The translations under genes were made by a program, and so were the position numbers. Below, in pieces: positions 23,949-37,464 of a stretch of DNA of 64,000 bases. This stretch comes from Macrostomum hystrix (Eukaryota; Animalia; Platyhelminthes), in the NCBI GenBank assembly GCA_950097015.1, contig CATNEN010000003.1:682001-746000 (forward strand), in the 5' to 3' direction. The notes beneath the pieces were generated by a model, which saw nothing but the letters and a program-made list of their open reading frames with translations, had not been told where the DNA came from and searched no databases. Numbering within the stretch: the first letter of the stretch is position 1; each line of letters opens with the position of its first letter.

Positions 23949-26900
23949 TCACATCATCACCGATTCAATCTCGGTGGTAGCTCCGCGCTCAGCCGCAGCT
24001 GTGCCATCGGCATTTCCAAGACGTCGTAGCCCCAAGGCGGCCAGCGGCCGCAGCAGTAGGCGACGCATCACGTGACCATAGCCGCGTCGAAATTCGCGAT
24101 TCGTTACGCCGTAGAACAGAAAGTTCAGCGCCGAATTGAGGTGAGCCAGCAGGACGGCGTAGGCGTGGGCGTGTACAGGCATGACGTCACCGCTGTCGAA
24201 CAGGACCAGCATGCCGTAGGGTGTCCAGAGCACAACCAGAGAGGCAAAGACCAAGAATAAGGTGCGTGCCAGACGGACGGAAGCGGCTCGGCTGCTGTTG
24301 CCGCCGCCGTTTCCCTCGGCAGCGGCGTTGCTCGAATCGCCGATTCGCTTGGCGTGGCCGCGGACGAACATGAAGATGGCCAAATAGCAGAAGGCGATCA
24401 CGCAGCACGGAATGCCGACAGCGATGGCTATGAGCAGGGTGGAATAAATTCGATTGGCCATGCGATTGAACAGGCACGCGAGGTTCTTCCGATCGAAGAT
24501 GTGTCCGTCGATGATGAGATAGTTGTGCAGCTCCATGGCCCAGCTGGCGAACCACAGGCCGAGGATCATCAGGGCCGTGTTGCGCTTCGTGTAGATTTTG
24601 GGGTACCAACGAAAGCGGCAGATGCAAATGTAGCGATTAACGGCGATGCTGCACAGGCTGAGCAAGGAGCAGAAGCATGAGACCAGGCACAGCGACCCGA
24701 TCGCAGTGCACAGTGCCGGGCGCTCCAAGAAATAGGCCTCGCCCTGCAGAATGCCTGTCGGGAAAATGGGGATTTTTTAAGATAATTTGCCATATTTCAT
24801 TCTCGGAATTTACGAGTTTGAGATTTAACAGATTAGAAAGGGATGGCCTCTCGCACCAAGGTGCCTGAGCACGATTCCGCGGCGAGGCCACATTGATTTG
24901 GTGCGCAGCCGCGGAGAGAAGGCTTGGTGGCTTGTCGCGAAATTTACGCCCTTGACGGCCAACCTCCAATGCACAGTGAGAGTGTACACTGCTCGACGAT
25001 GAGAAAGTCAGGCCAGATGTACACACCCGTATGAGCGCGTGTACAGTATCTGTGTGCATGTGTGCTCAGGAGTCAGCGAAATAGGCAGAATGGCCTCCTC
25101 GCTGGCTGCGGGTCTAGGGTCACCAATTTATGTGCTGCAATCATTGCCTGCAGCCCTCCTGCAATTATTACTAACAGGTTAGATACACAGGCATAACATT
25201 CCAATGGATTAGTTTCGAACTAGGTTATCTGAAGCGATTGGAAAAAGAAAAAAATTTAAAGACACAACATTTATTCTCAGGGCTGAGAATAGACACGCTC
25301 GAGCTTCGGTAGGTCGACAGTGAGCAATAGAAGGCACAGAAGATAACAAAATTAGCTCATTGTTTAAAGAACAACAACCTGGTGCTTTTAGTTTTAGGCA
25401 TAATGAAACTGGATTTGGTTTCTATAGCTCCGTGTTTTTTGTCTGGTCAAACAAAATGTCTGACAAAAAAATGACATCCGCATTTGTTTTTCGGATAAAG
25501 TGACGACATTTTCGTCTGATTGAGTTTCTGAATAAACGAAAAGCCTTGTTTTACTGATTTATCTGCATGCGAACTTTTTACTGGGTTTTTTTTTACTTTT
25601 TACAATGCGCAGTTAGCACATCTGCAATGTTTTTAGTATTAGTTTTTCGCAATTCCAGAGCACAACCCGCCATCGCAGACATTCAGAAGGATATCTCACC
25701 CCCAGATTAGTAAATCTCACTCAAAATTAGAAAATCTCACATGAAATTAGGAAATCCCACCCGAAATTAGGAAATCTCACTAGAAATTAGGAAATCTCAC
25801 CCGAAATTAGGAAATCTCACTCGAAATTAGGAAATCTCACCCGAAATTAGGAAATCCCACCCGAAATTAGGAAATCTCACCCGAAATTAGGAAATCTCAC
25901 TAGATATTAGGAAATCTCACCCGAAATTAGGAAATCTCACCCGAAATTAGGAAATCTCACCCGAAATTAGGAAATCTCACCCGAAATTAGGAAATCTCAC
26001 CGGGGATTAGGAAATCTGACCCGGGATTAGGAAATATCATCCAAAATTACGAAATCTCACTTAAGATCATAAAATCTCACCCAAAATTAGAAAATCTCAT
26101 CCCAAATTTGAAAATCTCACCCGAAATTAGGAAATCTCACCCGAAATTAGGAAGTCTCACCCGAAATTAGGAAATCTCACCCGAAATAAGGAAATCTCAC
26201 CACCAGATTTGAAAATTTCATCCAAAATAATAAATTGTAACTCGAAATTAGGCAATCTCACCAGGGATTATAAAGTCTCATCCGAGATTAAGGAATCTCA
26301 CCCCCAGATTTGGAAATCTGTTTGGATTAGGAAATCTCAATCGAGATTTCCTAACTCGAAAATGCTGTGTTAGAATAAAACACGTGTGCAGTGAAGAATA
26401 AGGCCACATCCAGGCTTGTCAAGTGAGTCGATGCTCACTCTGAACTCAATAAACTATAGCTGACAGAACTAATTTATCCTTGTGGGAAGTTATTTACAGG
26501 GTTGTCCGGGAAGTACTCTCCAAGTTGACCTTGGCCTGCGATTCGAACCCCGGACAGTTCTTGTCTAGCATTTACTTACCAACAATGCCAAAAGGGTCAG
26601 ACAGGACGGTGATAAGCAGGTCAGACACGGCTAGGTTTACTACAAACGAGTTGCCCACAATGCGAAGTGGCTGAAATTTGAATTTTCAATTGAAATTAAT
26701 TTTCTAGACACAGTTTCAAAATCTAGCACAAATTTAGTTTCACCTTCCACATAGCAACAGCCAGGATGACGAGAATATTACCGCAGGTTCCGAATACGGC
26801 TCCAAACACGAGCAGAAACATTGCTGGGTAGACAATTTCTGCAATTAGTGGCAGTGTACGGTAATAAATTTTATTTAAATACTAATTAGACTAGCTATAA

Positions 26901-27516
26901 CACACTTTAGATAGGATCCTTGACACCTGTCGCCCAGTAGAAATACGGGCGGGTGTACAGGAGGCTGCCCAGTCCATGGACTGAACTGCATGGTACACAG
27001 CTTTGAGAAGCCACATGGCTGCAAATGTGGACGAACTATATTTACTGTCTCAGTATGAATCGGCATTTTCGGCATTAACAACAAAAGAAGGTTGTAGCCT
27101 TGTTGTTAGAGCGTCGGACTCAAAACTTGAAGGTCGGGGGTTCGATTCCCGACTTCACTGGAACAATTTGTGTGTCCTTTAGCAAGACACTCAACTCTGC
27201 ATTGCTTCAGTTCACTGATATGATAATTACAATGTGATTAATTATCATCAGCTGGGGTAAATTAGGTTGGGTGTGACATCCACCCCCAGTCCATGGACTG
27301 AACAGCCGTACGCAGCCTTCAGATGCGCCGCGCAATAGCTGCGGCTGTAGCTCGTACATCTAACCTTATCGGGCCAGTTGAAATCAGTTATTAATCAATT
27401 ATTATTATTATCGGTCCAAAAACACGAGTTAGCGTCTCACCGGGATAATTAATCGCCGACCACATTGTGAAGTCGGTCGCATTGCTATTTCTGAGAATCA
27501 AATTACCGGAATTCAT
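23949..27516 (-). CDS. Class A GPCR, melatonin-receptor-like, 4 exons, 355 aa
   Basis: Exons 27441-27516, 26744-26838, 26580-26670 and 23949-24754 join in frame. TM1 GNILVILAV, TM2 FVVNLAVSDL, TM3 IAVNRYICIC (NRY instead of DRY), TM6 LWTPY, TM7 AHLNSALNFLFYG. Confidence 0.9.
24846..25175 (+). mobile_element. SINE family A copy (5'-truncated tRNA-like head)
   Basis: Near-full copy ending GCCCTCCTGCAATTATTACTAA, in GPCR intron 3. Confidence 0.85.
25690..26345. repeat. Minisatellite, 20-bp unit GAAATCTCACCCGAAATTAG
   Basis: About 30 tandem units in GPCR intron 3. Confidence 0.93.
27090..27410 (+). mobile_element. SINE family B (tRNA head + CORE-like domain)
   Basis: A-box-like TAGCCTTGTTG and B-box GGTTCGATTCC, then GTGTCCTTTAGCAAGACACTCAACTCTGCATTGCTTCAGTTCAC, palindrome CAGTCCATGGACTG and a (TTA)n tail. 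Other copies at 56894-57218(-) and ~62951-63200(+). Confidence 0.85.
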
Positions 27517-28429
27517 TTTACAATAGGATTGTCTCGTAAACTTATCGTGTTATTTTAAAACACATCTTTTAGATTCCATCGTGACAGTGAAAGGAGGTTT
27601 TATAAAATTTTACCAAAATCTCTGAACTACCATCAGTTGATATGAACGTCCATGTACGAATAAAATATACTTCGCACTGATTGGATTGCATTCCAAATCA
27701 GCCAATCAGGTTGGGTCAATTCTGGTTCATTCTTTTGGCTCGTGATGAGGTGCCTAAAATATGTTTATTAAATTCCCTTTTTAAACTGGTCTCGAAGTTG
27801 ATACCGGAAGTCCTATGACGCTAATATAGCCAATTATCATGATCAAGTAAGCAAATAGAAAATATGATGATTAGTGCCTGATTCTGAGATTAGTGAAAAT
27901 TAGAAGACGGAAATTAAAATTGGCCCTGTCTCCACCTGTGACAAATAATTTTCCGATTTTAAGACTACTTTTATCTCTTAATGATTACTGAATAAAGTTG
28001 AACAGATTCATGTAGGAATTATAACTGATGCAATAATGGTTTCGTCGGGGTCAAGATTCGAACTCTAGGACATTTCTGATGACCAGCCTCCCAACTTGGT
28101 AGCTCTGATTAGTTTGTCACTATCGTTTTAAGCCTGATGAAATTTCACTTTGATGGGGACAAACTTCGGGTTCTAATTTGCTCTATGCATGTCGTTTAAA
28201 CTTAAATTTGTCTCGCTTTATTCCCATGTAACCTTTGTTCAAGCAAGCATTAAATTTGATGTCAATTTACACGAGAGACACAAAATGCACTGACTTAACC
28301 CCGCGTAAGCACTGATTGTACTAGACTAAATATTCCGGTCGGCTATAAAAGTTATTAACAACGGGAGCCCACGGAATCTTATTTAACTTGTTCGATGGTC
28401 GATGCAGGTTTTTGATATGGTGAGATGAG

Positions 28430-28870
28430 ATCCAGAAGAGATGAGACACGGGAGAGATGAGACATAGGAGAGAAGAGACACGGGAGAGATGAGACATGGG
28501 AGAGATGAGACATGGGAGATATGAGACACGGGATATATATGAGTCACGTGAGAGATGAGACACCGGAGAGATGAGACACGGGAGATTTGAGACATAGGAG
28601 AGATGAGACATGGGAGAGATGAGACACGGGAGATATATGAGACACGGGAGATATGAGACACGGGAGATTTTAGACACGGGAGATACGAGACACGGGAGAT
28701 ACGAGACACGGGAGGTATGAGACACGGGAGATGTGAGACACGGGAGACATGAGACACGGGAGATTTGAGACATAGGAGAGATGAGACATGGGAGAGATGA
28801 GACACGGGAGATATATGAGACACGGGAGATATGAGACACGGGAGATTTTAGACACGGGAGATACGAGACT
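28430..28870. repeat. 16-bp-family satellite GAGACACGGGAGAGAT
   Basis: Tandem variant units; reverse complement of the motif at 10535-11392 and 43800-44030. Confidence 0.93.
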
Positions 28871-28959
28871 CTTAATGATTCGTATAGTTTAGTCTGTTTA
28901 ACTTCTCTTCATTTACACGGGAGAGATGTGACACAGGAGGGGTGACAAAGAGTTTCGAG

Positions 28960-29420
28960 GGCCTCCTGGAGGGGCACAGGACAAGCGCTCTAGATTGGCG
29001 GCAGATTGGCGTGTTGGCCTATAACGGTCCCTATGCATGCTGGTAGCCCAGCCATTAACCTGGTGATTAATGACCGTGGTTCAGTGGTTGGGATGGGGAT
29101 CCGTGAAGGCCTGACGCTGCTTCCACGAGCGATGAAGTTGAGCTGCCGGACACCGTCAGAGACTGTCCGCGAGTTGGTGTAGGAATTGCAGAGGGCTTTG
29201 AGAGCGGCCTGACTGTCCGAGTGGATGACAATACGATACACTCCGGCGCAGGAGCTGATGGCAAGAATCTCGTTCTGGAAGACACTAGATAGTCTACCAG
29301 TGGGTTGAGAGTACGTGGCGATCGTTAATGTGATCGGTGATCGGTGATCGTTAATGTAGATGCAGATTCCTAAGCCAGGTAGGCCGTCTTTGAGTGATCC
29401 GTCTGTGAAACACGTGTATT
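28960..29420 (-). mobile_element. Decayed LINE RNase H fragment related to the intact element at 48495-54546
   Basis: Minus-strand peptides [21 protein letters not shown] and RQSRAL parallel [21 protein letters not shown] and RQSRAA of ORF2; interrupted by stops and frameshifts. Confidence 0.8.
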
Positions 29421-29986
29421 GAGCAACAGCAACTAACCTTGTTGCTTAATCAGATTTCTCTCCAGTTCTAAAAACCTAGGGTAATAATTGCAAAGTGACA
29501 GTGATTAAAAACATGCAAAGACGACTTGATCGACTTATCAGTCACGAAAAAGCTAGGATATTGCGTCCAATTAATTAAAAAGACGAAATAGCTCGTATGT
29601 CAATTTAAACAAATAAATTGGTCAATTTATGTGACTGTAAAACGTGGATCTTTCTTTTTCCAGGATCACTAAAATTAGGCTGCTGTATTTTAGGAGCAGT
29701 TGTTAGTTGCAAATCCCAATGGACCTGAAGGATGAGACACTATAATCAGGATTGAAGTGAGATTAGTTCGAAGTTTATATTAGTCTGGTGTGGAATAACA
29801 CTAAACACGGTAGAAATGCTATATGCTACAGATTCATTGTCAATCAGTTCGTTAGGTTTTTGAGATTAATTTATTTAAACTTCACGCTGATTTGATCGAA
29901 AATCATATCATTGAACAATTATTATTTAAATACGTAGATTTTTTTACTGAAAGTCCTCTGACGCATTTTGTAACAGGACTTTAGAG

Positions 29987-30435
29987 CAGGGGTCGGCAAA
30001 CTCCGGCCCGCGGGCCAGATGCGGCCCTCGAAGCTCCCAAATCCGGCCCGTTGCCCCTTCGGACATCTACAGTGTCCTGTTTCATCTCTCTCGTGTCTAA
30101 TCTCTCCCGTGTCTAATCTCTCCTGTGTCTCATCTCTCCCGTGTCTTATCTCTCCCGTGTCCTATCTCTCCCGTGTCTTATCTCTCCCGTGTCTAATCTC
30201 TCCTGTGTCTCATCTCTCCCGTCTTATCTCTCCCGTGTCTCATCTCTCTCGTATCTCATCTCTCTCGTGTATCATCTTTCTGTGTCTCATCTCTCCTGTG
30301 TCTAATCTCTCCCGTGTCTCATCTCTCCAGTGTCTCATCTCTCCTCTATCTCATATTTATACAGTCAATGCGGCTCGCTGTCGTCTTTTATGTTCTCTCT
30401 TTGGCCCACCAGCAAATAAGTTTGCCTACACCCTG
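29987..30435 (+). mobile_element. Non-autonomous hAT (Charlie-like) MITE with internal minisatellite
   Basis: TIRs CAGGGGTCGGCAAAC ... GTTTGCCTACACCCTG; 8-bp TSD CTTTAGAG (29979-29986 and 30436-30443); subterminal CCGGCCCGCGGGCCAGATGCGGCCC typical of Charlie/hAT ends. Confidence 0.9.
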
Positions 30436-31712
30436 CTTTAGAGCATTGATTGGAGCTGTATAACAGATGCAAAATACACTTAGAGATAATTTCTCACATA
30501 ACGCAGCAAATTGACACAAGTGTTTGCATCTACAGTGATGGACAATGCAAAAGAAAAGTGCTTGTAATTTTAGGCTTTCTGTTGACATTGCACTTTATAA
30601 GAAAAAAGACTATAATGCATTCTCTTATGTGGAGGTGATATATCTTTAACAAGGTACTGAGCATGTGGCTTGAATTTAAGTGGATAACCAATATCACCTT
30701 CACTTACAGGCTTCTCGTAAACACACGCCCCATAATTTTTTATACATATTGCATAGTATTTTGGATACACCACGAATGCCTCAACTCAGACACAGAAAAC
30801 GCGCTCAATTCAATCTCCGCGGGGCACTAAAAGTAAAACACTCTCTTTACATACCAGAAGAGTTTGCATCGATATGAAAGGATTTTACTTTTTGGGGATT
30901 ACCTTTAAAACACTGAACGATATAAAGTTGTAGCAAACATGAATTAGTAAGTAAGAATCTTTAACGCCATGTTCGATCTGAAGATTAAAGGCTTATCTTC
31001 CCATTATTACAACGGACGTATGAACCAAGCTTCAGATAGTATAAAATGAATGCGATATAAAACTGCGAATATATTTATAACACAAAAAGGAAGAACCGAT
31101 AAACTCGAAAAAATATTTTACAATACATGTTTGCGGTTTTAGTACAGAGGAAAGGCAAATTGAATAAACTTTTTAAGAAATGTCAAACTGTGAGTAATCA
31201 CGGCTTTTACGAGAAATTTGCTACCATAACTTAACAAAAAGTTAACTTTTTTGTTGTATGCGTACTTTATTTATTGTTGAGACAGTTTAGGAATTATAAT
31301 TTTATTTGTACAAAAATTTCACAACTAAGTTTATAAATTGTATTAATAACTTTATTAGCACTACAACGGCACTCATTCAGTTTATGAAAACTCCAACCAT
31401 TTTTATATGGTGATTATATGGCGATTTACGAATGCTTATTCGATAATCATTTTAACATTTAGAATACTTACGTAAAAACTTAAACGAGCGGTAAGAAAAC
31501 ATGTTTCTTTGTATATCTGACTTGTGTCTAGTACATTATAAATATTTTTTTGCCTGCGGCGGCATATGCACAATTTACATATTATTACTTGCTGCGTGAA
31601 ATGCAAGTTTCACAATTTCGAACACATGTTTCTTGTTGATTGAACAAATGTTTAGCAATGTAATATTGTTTCCTAGATGTGATGCAGAATGCTAAACTTA
31701 TATTTTCAGAAT

Positions 31713-34700
31713 ATGAGTTCTAAAGGTACGCAGACGAAGAAGGGTGGCAAGAAAAAGCACAAGAAGATGACGCGAGCCGAACGAGCTCAGGTAAGTTTTT
31801 GGTTACTAATTCAATTACATAACTTTAAAATTCTTACTTTGTCCTCTGATCTAATTACTAAGAAAAAGATAGACTTATTAAAATTAACAGCATAGATTGC
31901 AACAGTATACATGGATTTTATACAGTTGTTCCATTTATTCTAATTATTCGCTGTCCGTCGCACAGTTCGTCGGCTTGTTTTGAGCTTATTGTTCATAAAA
32001 ATTCAATTCATTTCTTCGATTTCAGGCAGAAAAGAAGGTAGGTTTTGAAAGGGAATTTTTTAAGTCGCTTTTTGAATGATACTCAAATGTAACATTTATT
32101 CATACCTTCTAATTCACCTTTGCTTTTTGTTATGTACTCTAGTTTTTTGTTCTTGAACTTTTCAAACTTTATCCAAGTGCTTTGCCTTCAACATGAACAG
32201 TGTTGACTGTGCTTCTATTGTTCTAGCCCTTATTTAATTATTCGCTATAGTTGTGAATTCTTTTAAGTGTTACAAGTGTTACTAGATATATTCCAAGAAC
32301 TTATTTTATTTTTTAACAAAGACAAATTAAAACTTTCATTTTGGGAGCGTTTTGGAAGACAAATTTGATTAAGAAAGTTAGCATCAATTGTATGATTTTT
32401 TTATTACTTAAACCTTTTACCATTGATTTCATACCTCTTGTTAGTGCTAAAACTAAAAAATAAACATTTTCGAAACTTTTATTTGTCCGATTTCTTTCGT
32501 TATTCAGAAGTTGCTATCTGAGTTTTTGTAGGCTTCAAAATTGTTATTATAGTGTGTAAATTGTTGGACTAAATATAACAGTAACTTACATTATAGGCCC
32601 AGCTAGCCAAAATGATGGAGGGCTACAAAGCAGACCAGAAGCGCTACAAAGAGTTTGTTAATCGCGTTGACAATTGGTTCAATCAAAACTGCAAAGTCAT
32701 GCTGGAGCTCTTTACTAAATTCGATCGAGACGGTAACGGCACATTGGATTATGACGAGTTCAAAGCAGGTTAGCAACTATCCGACATCCCAAACAACATA
32801 ATTAGGCATGATGATTGCGATTGATATTCTACAAACATTTTCAGGTATGCTGGACATGAACATTCCGTGCAACCTGATTGAGCTGCACCTGCTCTGTACT
32901 TTGTTGGATGCTGACGGTAATGGTGACATTGACTACGACGAATTTGGCAACGGAATCAAACACTTCAAGTGAGCAGTTGCATTCTTTTTTGCAATCCAAT
33001 TAGTAGTCTAAAAAGCGAAGATCTTAAAACTTATTTTTATGGTAAACCTTACACTGAAGACTACGAAGTTTTCATATTTGTTTTAACTTTTATGAAGCAA
33101 AAAGTTGGTTTCTTTATTGTTTTGCAGTACTTCAGTTTCCTTACAATTTTAATTTAACTGAACGTTTTAACTATCTTGGTTTGGTGTGCGCTAACAAGTT
33201 GCCGATTTTTTTTGCTAGAAGTCGAAGCAGAAGTTTTTGTGTGAGGTGGGTGTTTTTTGCAGGGGTAAGGAAATTCAGGGCAAGGTTTTTGGAGTGAGGT
33301 GGGTGTTTATAGCGGGGGTAAGAAAATTCAGGGGCAATGTTGCTGGAGTGAGGTGGGTGTTTTAGCGTGGGTAAAGAAATTCAGGGGCAAGGTTTTTGAG
33401 GTGGGTGTTTAATTCGCGGGTAACGACGTTAAACAAATAAGGTTTGTGTAGAGTGGAGTGGCTGTTTGGTGAATGAAAACAATAATAAATGGCTGTCGGC
33501 TTGGTTTTTTAATAGATTTTTCGTATATTTAAACTTAGATTTTATTAATTTGTATGTTTTCGCAATCATAACTGCGCTCGTATTAATCTTTAGCTTTAAA
33601 AATCGAATAAACAGATTCGCAGTGCCTTTGAAATCATATATCGCGCAGTAAAATTGCTCGACTGAATTTTTTAACATGATAACAAAGACTCACATTAACC
33701 ATCGTCAAACATTCAGAGGCTTCAAGAATTTTCTCAGGCATCGCAGGTAAAATAAAAAACGACCGGCTTTGGCCATAGACATTGATGCATTTGTATGAGA
33801 ACCAAGATCTGTAAAAGGCCTTGATCGCTTTCATTCGCATTTTCTTCATCAACTCGTAAACTAAATGATATAATTGATGCATTCCGCTGTAATAGTACAT
33901 TGCTCAAATTGATGCTTTCGCTAATTGCTTATTGAAGTCATCTTGTGTTTTGCCATGTCGTGCTATGCCAGCTTGCAGCTTGTGACTCCCTGCATGAAAT
34001 TTAGAGATTTCCATGTAAGATTCCCATGTATACTACTTACAGTAGATAGTGACAGAGTAGTGAATAATATCCTTTGGAGTGACTCAATGAAAACTGGAAA
34101 TCCTGTCTAAGGGGAGGGTGTCCTGCCTAACAGGAGGGTGTCCTGTCTAACAGGAGGGTGTCCTATCTAACTGGAGGGTGTCCTGTCTAACTGGAGAGTG
34201 TCCTGTCTAACTGGAGGGTGTCCTGTCTAACTGGATGGTATCCTGTCTAACTGGAGGGTGTCCTGTCTAACTGGAGGGTATCCTGTCTAACAGGAGGGTG
34301 TCCTGTCTAACTGGGGGGTGTCCTGTCTAACTGGAGGGTGTCCTGTCTAACAGGAGGGTATCCTGTCTAACTGGAGGGTGTCCTGTCTAACTGGAGGGTG
34401 TCCTGTCTAACAGGAGGGTGTCCTGTCTAACTGGAGGGTGTCCTGTCTAACTGGAGGGTGTCCTGTCTAACTGGAGGGTGTCCTGTCTAACTGGAGGGTG
34501 TCCTGTCTAACTGGAGGGTGTCCTGTCTAACAGGAGGGTGTCCTGTCTAACAGGAGGGTGTCCTGTCTAACTGGAGGGTGTCTAACTGGAGGGTGTCCTG
34601 TCTAACTGGAGAGTGTCCTGTCTAACTGGAGGGTGTCCTGTCTAACAGGAGGGTGTCCTGTCTAACTGGAGGGTGTCCTGTCTAACTGGAGGGTGTCCTG

Positions 34701-36280
34701 TCTAACTGGAGAGTGTCCTGTCTAACTGGAGGGTGTCCTGTCTAACTGGAGAGTGTCCTGTCTAACTGGAGGGTGTCCTGTCTAACTGGAGAGTGTCCTG
34801 TCTAACTGGAGGGTGTCCTGTCTAACTGGAGGGTGTCCTGTCTAACTGGAGGATATTCTATTATCGATTGTTGAATGAATCTCAAATATTATTATTTTTA
34901 ACAAAATCGCACAAAAATATTATCTTAACATTACAACCATGTCTAAGCACATTTTTAATGTGTTTGATTTACCACAAAATAAATGCATAGCATACTAACC
35001 AACTATACAAACTATTATAGCAAGCCGCCAATAAATGGTTGATTACGATTTTGCTTAATTTGCAGAATGTTATCTTAGCTTCAATGTAAGATTGTAAAAG
35101 TACAAATAAAAAATTTAACACGCGTACCATATTTTTCGATGCACTGATTGTAGCAAAAGTTAAAATTAGCAGAGCACTGTCTAGTTAAATTAATATAACC
35201 CAAAATGTCATTTTTTTATTTTTACAGGCTTTTAGCGTACGACCGCAAAATATTCATTTTGTCTACTTAAAGTAGCTGACTAGAGAAACGACGCATATTT
35301 AATGTTTGTTGTATGAAATAAACGCCCAGATCTGATTTAAAATCTAGTGAAAATTTTTTTAGACAGGGCTTATATGCTCATTCATATCGTCTAAAATTTT
35401 TGGGGCCAGTTTAAACCTAAGATGAACAACCCGTAGTTTTTTGTTCTGACTAGCACATTTAAACGGAGATATTTCGACAATTCACTAAACTAAAAACAGG
35501 AACCTATTTTCAAGCATTGTTAATGTTATTACTTGTTTTGTATGCGCTTTCAGAGAGGTCGAGTCAGGAGGTATTCTGGAATCGGCGCCCTTGAAGATTG
35601 TCGGGCCTAGGGAGCAGAGGTTTGAGCTGGCTGCCCTGCTCAGATGATAATATCTAATAATCTGTTTCTCAAACACTCTCGAACTCTACATCTCACCCTC
35701 TATCCGGCTCAACTTCTCACCCTCTCTCCTGCTCTACTTCTCACCCTCTCTCCAGCTCTACTTCTCACCCTCTCTCCTGCTCTACTTCTCACCCTCTCTC
35801 CAGCTCTACTTCTCACCCTCTCTGCAGCTCTACTTCTCACCCTCTCTCCGGCTCAACTTCTCACCCTCTCTCCAGCTCTACTTCTCACCCTCTCTCCAGC
35901 TCTCACCCCATCGGTCACCTTGCAGATTCGTCAGCGTGCTATTCCGCTTTCTCATCTTTGAGCAGCAGACGAACCATCCGGGCCACTTTGAGCAGACTGT
36001 GCCCCTCGATACCCACGGCCACACCCTGATTGAATTTATTCGCAAAAAAACTAAATTAGCCAGCAAAGATTTCGTCCTGTACTTTGACAATACGAAAACT
36101 AACCAATTGGACGAGTTCAAGACCCTCGAGGACCTCGGCATTCACGGAGGACCTGAGCACGCGCCCAAAGAGACACTAGTCTATTATGATTTTCGAGTTG
36201 ACTTTGAAAGCTGCCCAGTACTCATGTCCGACTATTATTTTGTTGAGAAAGCCCTCAAGGAGACCACTTTGATTGACTGA
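31713..36280 (+). CDS. EF-hand calcium-binding protein with basic N-terminus and C-terminal possible ubiquitin-like domain, 6 exons
   Basis: Exons 31713-31790, 32026-32037 (12-nt microexon), 32597-32768, 32845-32968, 35554-35619 and 35926-36280 join in frame. Two canonical EF loops DRDGNGTLDYDE and DADGNGDIDYDE. Confidence 0.85.
34100..34855. repeat. Minisatellite, 20-bp unit TCCTGTCTAACTGGAGGGTG
   Basis: About 37 highly homogeneous tandem units in an intron of the EF-hand gene. Confidence 0.96.
35680..35905. repeat. 24-bp pyrimidine-rich repeat CTCTACTTCTCACCCTCTCTCCAG
   Basis: About 9 units just upstream of the acceptor at 35925. Confidence 0.9.
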
Positions 36281-37061
36281 GGCTTTGCTACTCGGTTTTA
36301 ATAATTTCGGATTTCGCAAATCAGACGCACTCTGTGACTACCTGAGACCACCTGCAAACCTTTGATAGGCTGAGTACACCAACACAACCTCATCCTGTAC
36401 CTGTGTACACCAACACAACCTCATCCTGTACCTGTGTACACCAACACAACCTCATCCAGTACCTGTGTACACCAATCTTATCCAGTGCCTGAGCCTATCA
36501 AATGTAGTTTAATCAACGCCTTTGATTATGTACTTGCATGTACAGCTGTTTCAAGAGTAAAACTATATTTTTTCTAAATTTGCATTCTCTCTGATTACGA
36601 AACAAAAAAGGTTGTTTGTCTGTGTACGCAAAAAAGACTTCTCTTTGTCTTTAGAATCCTACCTGTTACTGTTTGATAATACTTTTTTAGACTTAATGAA
36701 CTAAATTTGTAGTAAATAACTGACTAATTTAAACATTTTGTATCAATGCAACCAAATTGTTCATTCTCGTTACCGCAAAACAACTTTGTGTTTATTTTCC
36801 TGAAACAAAAAATTAAAAGTGCTGGCAAAATTGTCCAATCATTTTTATCACAGATCCCAAGGATGTAGAGACAAAAACGTAAAGCATCTAGGCATTTGGG
36901 GTAAATTTAAGCGAGGACCCGACACCGGTGCTTATAGAATAAATTATTATTTATTTCCAGTCTCTTATTGATATAAAAAAATAATATTTTAAATAATAAC
37001 AAGGCCAGTTAGAACGAAAATAGAGTTTCTGTCGCAGTTTATTATAATTTATTGTTTAAAT

Positions 37062-37464
37062 CAGGGGTAGGCAATCTTATTTGCTGGCGGGCCAAAGAGA
37101 GAACCTAAAAGACGACAGCGTGCCGCATTGACTGTATAAATATGAGATAGGGGAGAGATGAAACACGGGAGAGATGAGACACGGGAGAGATTAGACACGG
37201 GAGAGATTAGACACGGGAGAGATTAGACACGGGAGAGATAAGACACGGGAGAGATTAGACACGGGAGAGATTAGACACGGGAGAGATTAGACACGGGAGA
37301 GATTAGACACGAGAGAGATTAGACACGGGAGAGATTAGACACGGGAGAGATTAGATACGAGATAGATGAAACAGGACACTGCAGATGTCAGAAGGGGCAA
37401 CGGGCCGGATTCGGGAGCTTCGAGGGCCGCATCTGGCCCGCGGGCCGGAGTTTGCCGACCCCTG
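37062..37464 (-). mobile_element. Second hAT MITE copy, inverted relative to the first
   Basis: CAGGGGTAGGCAA ... TTTGCCGACCCCTG with 8-bp TSD GTTTAAAT (37054-37061 and 37465-37472); internal GGGAGAGATTAGACAC array. Confidence 0.9.

Noticed and set aside
27090-27160. tRNA genes (also 56751-56830, ~26535-26555, ~28040-28070)
   Set aside because: A/B boxes are present but there is no complete cloverleaf; these are SINE heads or decayed heads.
33429-34110. Short ORFs in the EF-hand gene intron
   Set aside because: AT-rich with no recognisable motifs or consistent splice pattern.
29987-37464. Composite transposon carrying the EF-hand gene
   Set aside because: Each MITE has its own distinct 8-bp TSD, so they inserted independently.
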